From IMG/VR virus record IMGVR_UViG_3300027852_000031, positions 26,250-90,249 of that record: a DNA stretch of 64,000 nt; one strand, given 5' to 3'. Origin of the DNA: a virus. Made by a program: the position numbers and the translations under genes. Below, piece after piece: positions 35,764 through 44,700 of the stretch (position 1 is the stretch's first letter; each line of letters starts with the position of its first letter). Under the pieces are notes generated by a model. The model saw only the letters and a list, made by a program, of their open reading frames with translations, ran no database searches and was not told the origin of the DNA.

Positions 35764-36697
35764 CAAAAAGTGTGTGTTTGAGACAGTCAACAAAGAAGGT
35801 AAAATGCTTAAGTTGGCTATTGTGAAACCTACGAACAGAGTAGTGCAAGAAGCCAATATGGCTTACAACCTTAAGATTGCAGACCTTATGCGGAAGGGAG
35901 CTTCTAGCCCATCAGGTCGGCTTATGTCTCGATCAGAATTAGAAAAATATTTATTGCAAATGGGATTATGGACTCTGGAAGATTCTATTGAAGTTGAAAA
36001 ACTAGCGATGGAGATTAGAGCATATGAATTAAGATTAAAAAAGGGTGGTATCAAATTGTCAGAAGGTAGAACAATCGCACTTGAGATGGCGGAAAAACGC
36101 AGATTAATCATGGAAAAACACGCCAGACGACAACAGTTCGATTCAGCCACGTTGGAATCTCAAGCAGAAAATTTCAGGTTTGAATTTCTGTTAGTAAAAT
36201 GTCTGGTTTATGTCGATACTGGGAAGGTTTTTCTCGCAGACCGCCATGAATATTTAGATAGACAGGATGAAATAGCCGTTATCGCTGGTGCAAAAGAGTT
36301 GGCCAACATGCTTTATGGTATCGAAAAAAATATACACAATCATATGTTTGAAATGCGATGGTTGAAAGATGCCGGTATGATAGACGACGATGGAAGATAT
36401 ACAAGGCAAGATGGTACCATAACAGATCGCGATGGTCGCCTCATAAATAAGGATGGCAGATATATTAATAGCAATGGCCAGCTAGTTGATACGTTCGGTA
36501 GATCAGTAGATGAGAATGGTAATTTGTTGGTTGAAACTTCTGAGCCATTTATCGATGATACAACTGGTGAAGCTATTGTCGTTGGAGATATAGGCAAGTG
36601 TAAATCTAAAACAAAATCTAAGCAAGTAAAATCAAAGACTAAAACAAAAACAAAAGCCAAAACAAAAAAAACCAAGAAGGTTGTTGTTAAAAAATAG
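35756..36697 (+). CDS. Putative tail assembly chaperone
   Basis: Directly before tape measure; ~7-aa DxxGR repeats and Lys-rich tail. Confidence 0.5.
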   Translation: MDSKKCVFETVNKEGKMLKLAIVKPTNRVVQEANMAYNLKIADLMRKGASSPSGRLMSRSELEKYLLQMGLWTLEDSIEVEKLAMEIRAYELRLKKGGIKLSEGRTIALEMAEKRRLIMEKHARRQQFDSATLESQAENFRFEFLLVKCLVYVDTGKVFLADRHEYLDRQDEIAVIAGAKELANMLYGIEKNIHNHMFEMRWLKDAGMIDDDGRYTRQDGTITDRDGRLINKDGRYINSNGQLVDTFGRSVDENGNLLVETSEPFIDDTTGEAIVVGDIGKCKSKTKSKQVKSKTKTKTKAKTKKTKKVVVKK

Positions 36698-36713
36698 TGA
36701 GGGTGTGATATAA

Positions 36714-39700
36714 GTGGCATTTGTACTTGATGTTAATCTAAGAATTAAAGACATCCTTGATCTTGGCAAAGTAGAAGCTGCTTTGTCTAAGGCTCAAGGT
36801 ACAATACAAACTGCCGCTAAACCCACAGCTTCCGCTGGTGGGAATATTGCGAATAACATTTTGGCTACAAGTAAAGCTCAAAATACAGCCGCTGCGGCAA
36901 ATGCCGCCGCCATACAAAAGGTAACAGTCGCCACTAAAGCACTTAATGTAGCACAGACCAAAGCTGCAGGTTCAACAAAAAGAACAGCAGCAAATATGTC
37001 TGCTGCTTCGACAACAGCAAAAACATTTGGTGAATCTGTACAGTTGGCTGGCAAAAGATATGCTGCGTTTTTGGCTGCTACCGTTGTCCCATTTGCGGCT
37101 ATCGGCGGACTTGGCAAAGCAACCGCTGCTGTTATTGAGTTTGACTCAGCAATACTGAAGGTAAGACAAATTATTGGACAAACAGAATCTGAAATAGCTG
37201 GGTTAAGAGACACTATTTTGGATTTATCAACTAGTACTGGCACATCGGCTAGTGAATTGGCTCGTATAAGCAAAATTTTAACACAAGCTGGTCAACGTGG
37301 GGATGAACTGACTTCTTCATTAACAGCACTATCAAAGGTTCCACTAACGCCATCTTTTGAAACACTAGATGCTGCGATAGAGGGTACTATTGCTGCGACA
37401 CAACAATTTAGACAAGAAGGACTAGCCACTGCTGATGTCCTAGATGTACTAACTGCGCTATCAAATAAATTTGCAGCTTCTTCAGAAGATATAGCCAAGG
37501 GTATATCAAGAGGTGGTGCTGCTTTTGAAGCCATAGGAGGTACATTCCAGGAATTTGCTGCTGTTTTCACAACTATCAGACAAGCGACAAGGGAAAGTGC
37601 AGAGACTGTCGGTACTTTTATGAAGACTATTTCGTCCCGCTTGGCTGACCCTAAAATTGTTAATTTCTTAGAGGGTAAAGGAATTAGAATATCTGAAGCA
37701 ATTGAAGCTGGAGATCCTGTTGGTGCAATTAAACAAATCGCTACTGCTCTACAAAATACTACCAGTATTCAAGACAAAATTGAAATTGGCACCAAGCTTG
37801 GTGGGCGTAGACAGATAAGTCGTTTGCTGGCTTTGATAAGCAATATAGATGTACTCAACGAAGCCCTCGGTACTGCTGCATCTGCTAGTGGCGAATTTGA
37901 TAAAATTGCGACACAAGGTCTTGAAGGACTACAGGCTCAACTAAATATATTAGTTCAAGAGTTCAATAAACTAGTACAGACATTGGCTGAGCCATTGTTC
38001 GTACCCATTATCCGTGGTATAACACAAGCAGGGAAAGCATTCGTATCATTCTTGGACTTTATTAAACCAGTTATACCGGCATTCACAACAATTATAGGTT
38101 TTGCCGCTGGGTTCAAGCTACTTTCTGTATCAATTAATGCAGCTGCTAAGGCATTGGCGTTTATGAGCACTGTTGGTGTTGGTGGCGGAATTCCTGGTGT
38201 ACTAAATGCACTAACGACTACCGGCGCCGGTGGTGCAGCTGGTGCCACTGCCAAGGAAAGAGTACAGAGAAGACTTGTGGGTGGAGTAGGACTGACCGCT
38301 GGACAAACCACTGCGGCTGCTGCGGGTGCAGGTTTGGCAGGACAAGCAAAGGCTGCTGCTACATCCAGGCTTGGTCAACTTGCAGCCGCAGCAGGTATTA
38401 TTTTGTCGGCAAACAAACTATCAGAATCTTTTAAGGAGGCGGGTAACTCTTCTGCATTTTTGAGTGCTGAATTTACCAAATCTGTCGGAGTTATTTTAGC
38501 AGCCCTGTCTGTGTTTTCCGGCAAAAGCATAACAGGAGCCATTGGGAGTATGGTATCATCACTGGGGCCATTTGCGTCTATAGTAGCAGTTGCTACGGCT
38601 GCGATTGGTGCTTTTACATATGCTGCAACACAAGCGGTAGATGTCGATGTTCAAAATATTGTAGATGAAATTGCAAAAAAAATGTCGGAGATTAAAGTCG
38701 AACCCATTCAGACTGGCGACAGAGCAGTATTACAAGAGCGAGTTGGTGGGATTGGCGCAGAAGCAATCGACGGGATACAACAATCGGCAGAAAGATATGA
38801 AGAAGGATGGAGTGGGTTTTTCGCAAGTGCATACGAAAGAGTACGAAATTTATTTACTGGAGAAGGACTAGTTACTATAAGCGATTCTCAGGCACAAGCA
38901 ATAATAGATGAGATAGTTGGCGGTAATCCCCAATTATTGAATAATATTTTACAATCTGCAATTGAACAATTCGATATATCAAATTTAGAATTTGGGTTAG
39001 ATCAATTACTAGCTGAAGCTTTTGGTGGAAATATCGAAGTTGCATCCAGAATCAGGCAAGCCATGGTGGTTCAGCTAGGCGGATTCGAAAAAATTGCCAA
39101 AACTGTAGACAAAATACAGCTAGACGCAAAAGTTAGTTTATTGGCTAACGCAATTGAGAAAGCTTCGAATGATTTTGAGAAACTACATATACCGACCGAG
39201 TTGAGTAATGAGCTAGGTCTGCTTAGTGACGCTGTTGGTAATGCGGCACGAGCTATAGAACTCAATGTTACTACATTCGACAGACTTAGCCAGGTTGTTG
39301 GTCAAGACGTTGGAGTATCTAAACCAGGAACAGAATGGTCCAAAGAGGCGGTCGAGAGGTTGGCGGAAGCTGGTGATTTGGGGGAGCTTATAGATTTAAG
39401 CCAATTTGATGAATTAGAAGGATTCACCACGGATATAACAAGAGTTGGTGCTGCTTTAGAGAATTTTATGAGATCCATTATTTCCAGCAAAGAACATGCC
39501 GATTCCCTTGGAGCACTATTGTCTGATCCACAAATCGACCCATTCGATATTTTATCTGAATATATAGATCAATTTATTGCAGAATATCCGAAAGAGATCC
39601 CAGCAGAAGCAGAAGCTGCATTTAAAGCATCTGCCGCAAGTCTTGGGCAACAATTGAAAGTTTTGTTAACCGATCAGGCTGGGGTTTTACCGACGACAGA

Positions 39701-41780
39701 GGAAGTACAGAAAGCTTTTGATACTGTTCTTGGTAAACAGCGTCCATTTTATGATGCCGCTATTAGTACTTTTCAAAAATGGTTGAACGCACAAAGTCAA
39801 CAGCTGAACCTGGCTTTGTCTGGAGAAGAATTAGCTGCCAGTACTGACTTAAGAACATCAGATCTTAGCGATACAATTGCAAAAAGTCTACAGAACGCAT
39901 TGCGTTCTGCTGGTGTTGATCTACAATTCCCAGCTGGTTTCGAGGAAGGACTAGTCGATGTCAATGATGTATTTATTGATTTGGCACAGAATGGTGACGT
40001 AGTAGGAGAAGTTTTAAACAGATATGAACAAAGTTATGTCAAACATGCTGAATTAAACCGTCAAATTGCAGAGGCGCAAGCTACCGGCGAAGGTGCTAGC
40101 CTTAAATTACTACAAGCATCAAAAGATACTGCCGTAGAGGTATTAAACTTACAGGTGGCTTTGTCTCAATTAGAAAAAATCGCACAAAGAGCACCGCAAG
40201 CATTAGCCGAACAACAAGCAGAACAACGCAAGTCTCCATATGAATTCAACGAAGAATCGGCAGCTAGAGCGACCAAAGAATTGGATGAAAACAGTAGATG
40301 GATGTTGGAGTTCATCAATAGGCAAAGACAATTTGTAGAAGTACAAACGGCAATTGATGTATCTCAGTCATTTGAAAAACCAGCAGATATTTTCGCCAAA
40401 GCACTGACCGAAAGTGCAAATGCTGTCAACGTATTTACCTCTGCCTTGACGACACAAGATTTACAACTAGGTGCTGGTGCATTGGGAGTAGGTGTTACCC
40501 AAGACGGTACTGTGTTTACCCGTAGACAACAAGTACCAGAAGCGAGGGCAACGGGCGACCAGGGAGCAATAGAAAAAATATTGTTGCAATCTGCTGTTTT
40601 CGGTGGTGGAATGGACAGGGTTCTTGAAGCTTTGTTGCAAGCTGCTATTAGTGTCGCCGAAACAAAATCTTCGTTAGAATTATTAACTTTACAACCAGGG
40701 GAATCTGGTGCCACACAACAGATTGCCGATGAACTCAAGCAGTTTGGTGGTTTTATCTATGATATTCCAAAACTAATTCAAGATAGTGGTCTAAATACAG
40801 AAGAAATAGCGAAAATGGCGGCCAAGCAACTACAAGAGCAGGCTAAGCAGCCTGGGGCGAGAGAAGTAGAAAATATTGGTGCTTTGCGTCGTACTATTGG
40901 AGATTTAACGACAAGTTTACAAACACTAATCGAAAGACCTGGCGTAGCAAGGGAACCAGAAAGTTTGATTCCACAGTTGACACCAGCTGTTCAAGATTAT
41001 TTACAACAACTATCTGCCCCAACAGAGAAGCTACCAGAACCAGAGATAGCACCCAGAGTTTTTGAGAATATTTCAGCATCTGCTTCGGATATACAAAATG
41101 CAGCAATAAACACTAAGACCGCCGCAGATGCTACTGCTAGGGCAACTGAGAACATCGATGGTGCTTCTATCGATATCAGGACGGGTGGCACAGACATTTT
41201 GTTGGCAAGTCAGAATATGATTGAATCTGCTAATAGGCTACAGGCAATTGTTGATATACCAAGAGAGATGGTCGGGGCAGACCAGGGTGGAGCAACTGGT
41301 GGCGTGACAAAAGATGGTGGTCAAGAAGCTGTATCTGCTAACACAGAAGCTATAAGTAATCTTGGTGATCGTTTAGACGCTGTTGCGCAAGCTGTTGAGA
41401 ACCAAACACAACAAGAAGCAGAGTTGGCTGCAACACAGCAGGATCAACAGTTAGAGGTAGAAGGACTGATAGACAATACGACTGCTGTAACTACCAACAC
41501 GGAGGTAGCAACAAAAACACAGGAAAGTATGTCTGGATTGACCGATGGCATGACACAAATGGCTGCTGCTATTAACGAAGGCGTTGGAATTGATGTTGAA
41601 ACATCAAGTGAAATTCGTGTTGATGTAACTGGTATTAGCGAAGCTGCTGGAGAATTGACATCAGAATTCGAAGCAGTTGCGCAGAAGGTAGTTAGAGAAG
41701 AAATAAGGATTGTTTTACAACAATTAGCTAGAGCTTCTGGTAACCCAGAACTCGCAAGTACTTTTGAGACGGTTGTCTAA
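36714..41780 (+). CDS. Tail tape measure protein
   Basis: 1688 aa, Ala-rich helical; TP901-type core (IEFDSAILKVRQIIG...TGTSASELA...LSNKFAASSEDIAKGISRGGA). Confidence 0.9.
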   Translation: MAFVLDVNLRIKDILDLGKVEAALSKAQGTIQTAAKPTASAGGNIANNILATSKAQNTAAAANAAAIQKVTVATKALNVAQTKAAGSTKRTAANMSAASTTAKTFGESVQLAGKRYAAFLAATVVPFAAIGGLGKATAAVIEFDSAILKVRQIIGQTESEIAGLRDTILDLSTSTGTSASELARISKILTQAGQRGDELTSSLTALSKVPLTPSFETLDAAIEGTIAATQQFRQEGLATADVLDVLTALSNKFAASSEDIAKGISRGGAAFEAIGGTFQEFAAVFTTIRQATRESAETVGTFMKTISSRLADPKIVNFLEGKGIRISEAIEAGDPVGAIKQIATALQNTTSIQDKIEIGTKLGGRRQISRLLALISNIDVLNEALGTAASASGEFDKIATQGLEGLQAQLNILVQEFNKLVQTLAEPLFVPIIRGITQAGKAFVSFLDFIKPVIPAFTTIIGFAAGFKLLSVSINAAAKALAFMSTVGVGGGIPGVLNALTTTGAGGAAGATAKERVQRRLVGGVGLTAGQTTAAAAGAGLAGQAKAAATSRLGQLAAAAGIILSANKLSESFKEAGNSSAFLSAEFTKSVGVILAALSVFSGKSITGAIGSMVSSLGPFASIVAVATAAIGAFTYAATQAVDVDVQNIVDEIAKKMSEIKVEPIQTGDRAVLQERVGGIGAEAIDGIQQSAERYEEGWSGFFASAYERVRNLFTGEGLVTISDSQAQAIIDEIVGGNPQLLNNILQSAIEQFDISNLEFGLDQLLAEAFGGNIEVASRIRQAMVVQLGGFEKIAKTVDKIQLDAKVSLLANAIEKASNDFEKLHIPTELSNELGLLSDAVGNAARAIELNVTTFDRLSQVVGQDVGVSKPGTEWSKEAVERLAEAGDLGELIDLSQFDELEGFTTDITRVGAALENFMRSIISSKEHADSLGALLSDPQIDPFDILSEYIDQFIAEYPKEIPAEAEAAFKASAASLGQQLKVLLTDQAGVLPTTEEVQKAFDTVLGKQRPFYDAAISTFQKWLNAQSQQLNLALSGEELAASTDLRTSDLSDTIAKSLQNALRSAGVDLQFPAGFEEGLVDVNDVFIDLAQNGDVVGEVLNRYEQSYVKHAELNRQIAEAQATGEGASLKLLQASKDTAVEVLNLQVALSQLEKIAQRAPQALAEQQAEQRKSPYEFNEESAARATKELDENSRWMLEFINRQRQFVEVQTAIDVSQSFEKPADIFAKALTESANAVNVFTSALTTQDLQLGAGALGVGVTQDGTVFTRRQQVPEARATGDQGAIEKILLQSAVFGGGMDRVLEALLQAAISVAETKSSLELLTLQPGESGATQQIADELKQFGGFIYDIPKLIQDSGLNTEEIAKMAAKQLQEQAKQPGAREVENIGALRRTIGDLTTSLQTLIERPGVAREPESLIPQLTPAVQDYLQQLSAPTEKLPEPEIAPRVFENISASASDIQNAAINTKTAADATARATENIDGASIDIRTGGTDILLASQNMIESANRLQAIVDIPREMVGADQGGATGGVTKDGGQEAVSANTEAISNLGDRLDAVAQAVENQTQQEAELAATQQDQQLEVEGLIDNTTAVTTNTEVATKTQESMSGLTDGMTQMAAAINEGVGIDVETSSEIRVDVTGISEAAGELTSEFEAVAQKVVREEIRIVLQQLARASGNPELASTFETVV

Positions 41781-41794
41781 CACGGGCGGATTTT

Positions 41795-44700
41795 ATGGCA
41801 TTACGTCACTATGTTGAGTATATAAATGGCTGGGTATGTCCGGACGCAAGTCATGACGATCAGTGGAATCCGTATGACCTATCGGTTTTCGGCGTGCCAC
41901 CAAGTGCTGTTGTTGAAATATCCATAGGCTTCCCAAGAAGTAATGCGGAGTACTATGGTGGTGTAAGAAAAACTGGATCATCTTTAAATCGTCGAATCAG
42001 AATAGCTGAAGCTGAGGGTGACGGAGAGAATTTCTCAACGATGATGGTTCAAGCAGACGCTAGCGGCTATATAGAATATTACTCTGATTATTTTGATAGC
42101 ACATACCCTTCTGTTGTGGCGCCGAATTTTCGAGTGGTTGGTTGGTGGCTTGGGTGTACGTATATAGAAAAATTTGATAGTTTTGGTGCAACTTCTGCGG
42201 ATACTTGGGAGGGATACGCATTAGACCAATATGGTATTGGTAGTGGGAATGTAGCTGATTTTGCCCTATCGAATGACAACATAGATACTGGCTTCGAAAT
42301 TGGCATTAGATCAAGTGGTTCAACACTAGAAAAAAAACTTAGAGTAAAAGAGGCTGAGGGCGGCGGTGAAATTGCACTCAATTTATCTGCAATAGCTAGT
42401 GGTACCACAGCAGCTGTTGAAATCTACGCTGGTAGTATTGCTGATTGCTCTTTCTATCTTTTGGGTTATTTTTCTGTCCCGCCCGGAGATTATGTAGAAG
42501 ATTTTACTTCATTTCCTGTTCCTGAACTGCCAGATTCCACATGGCAAACACTAGATGTTGGTAGTTCTGGTATAGCCAACAGTGGTGTTGCACAATTTGT
42601 TCTTGGTAATTCGTCGACGAATAGTCCTAATGAGCTTGGAGTACGTAACACATATTCATCACTTAACAGAACTGTGAATGTAGATGAATCTGAAACAGGT
42701 GGAACTACTACTGGCAAAAACTTCGGATCATTATGTTCGATCGTAGATAGTAGTGGGTATGTAAAATATTTTTCATCCGACGAAGCAACAAACCCAGATT
42801 TTATATCTGTAGGATACTGGACTAACTTCGCCAATTCTGATATTCCATTTTTAAATTTCAATTCAACAGATTGTTTCATACAGGGATTGAACCCGTATGC
42901 CCATTATATAGAACGTTTATCTTCTGAGAGTGATTTTTTCGTTGCCCCAAGTGGAAGCGATTGGGTAGAATACGATTTAAGTTCCATGGTCCCGGCTTCG
43001 ACCGATAATTGTTCTATTACTGCTGAGATTGGTATTCGAAACTCCAGTGTTACAGCAACACATCTTGCTGGTGCTAGGTCGACATCTTCTCAAATCAATA
43101 GATACTTTGAATTACATGACGCCGAAAGCGGTGGCTATGATTTTATTAGTCTGTTAGTACCTGTTGATAATCAGGCCAAGATACATATCTATACAGACAA
43201 TATTTCTGATATAGAATTTGCGGTATTTGGCTATTGGGTTGGCGGAATATATCATGATACTCACGATTTATTTCAAATAAATTCAGAATACACATGGGTG
43301 AATCACAATGTTGGTACTACTTACGCCAACAAAGTAGCAGAGATAGTAATAACTAACTATAATTCTGTGCAAGAAAGTGGTGGCGTGAGAAGTGTTGGTA
43401 GTAGTATTGACCGACATCATCAAATAAGCAAAGCAGAAACTGGCAAAAATCATACAACACTTCATGTAAACACTAGTGGCAACAATGGTACAATTCAGGC
43501 ATATATATCGAATAGCGGAAATATGTCGTTCACTGCCATTGGGTATTGGAGTACTGCGCCTGGTCAATATCATGAGACATTCAGTGAACTAACTAGTCCA
43601 ACAGAAAATAATGTTTGGACACTAAGTGATACAGGGACAGCCGAAGGCTCTGTAACCGAAATGGTTTTAGAGCAGCGATATAATATAGCTGAACGTTTGA
43701 TGGGTGCAAGAGAGGTGTATTCCAATAATTCTAGAATTTGGGATATTCGAGAGACAGATTTACCAGCTGTTGATTTAGCTGGAAACATGCATAGGGTGTT
43801 CGTCAATGTCTCAAGTGGTACGTCTATAGAATTGTATCATGAGTCGCCAATATTTGCGCACGCCTTTCGTATGGTTGGATACTGGGATGATTTACAATTT
43901 ATACCAAATATAAATAGTGGCAATATACCGTTATTTACTGCCGGTTTTGATTCTTATAATGTATTGGATGACAGTGAATATCCGAGTGGATTGCTATTGT
44001 ATTGTGATGGTCATTTGGTGCATGACCAAAGTGGTAGTTTATATACAGATGGCTTTGGTTTCATTGCTACGGATGATCAATTCGGTGGACAATATCCTTC
44101 TGGAGTATCTCTATATGTCGAAGGTGAGGGTATATCGAGTATATCGGATAGTGCCAACCTTTTTGTCCATGGATTAGTGTTACATAATGATCAGTTAAAT
44201 TTGTATACTGACGCATACGGCGTAGACAGCAATTCATCAGACCTATTCCTGAAAACCATAGATGTTATTAGCGAATCAATATCGTTGATACTATACAATC
44301 CTGTTGATACTAGTTCCGGCCTAATAGGGGAAGATAACGCTGTTTTTTATCTAAGCAGACGGCACGATAACTGGACTAGTACTGCGACGGAGCGCATTGA
44401 GCATAAGACGTGGGAGTTTCCAAAGATAATTATTGGTAACAGGGTCTTTCTTGGGAAACCAGGAGCGACACAGACAGTCGGAGATGGGACATTACCCGGA
44501 TATGACGACATGGGTGGTGGTTTTTCTTCATGTAGATTTGGTCAAGCATTAATCGGTCCAATAGTGAATAGACAAAATATACTTGGACACGTAGTTAGCC
44601 CAAGTGATTACCCATATGCTGGTTCGTCAAGTATAACTACAGCGTTTTGGATGTCTGGCGCCAATACATCTGGCAACATTGTTGAAGCTGGATGGTTTCA

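Noticed and set aside
34304-36697. Programmed -1 frameshift between tail chaperone genes
   Set aside because: The -1 frame is closed by TAG at 35380-35382 for the first junction, the second junction is not a -1 relation, and no clear slippery heptamer was found.
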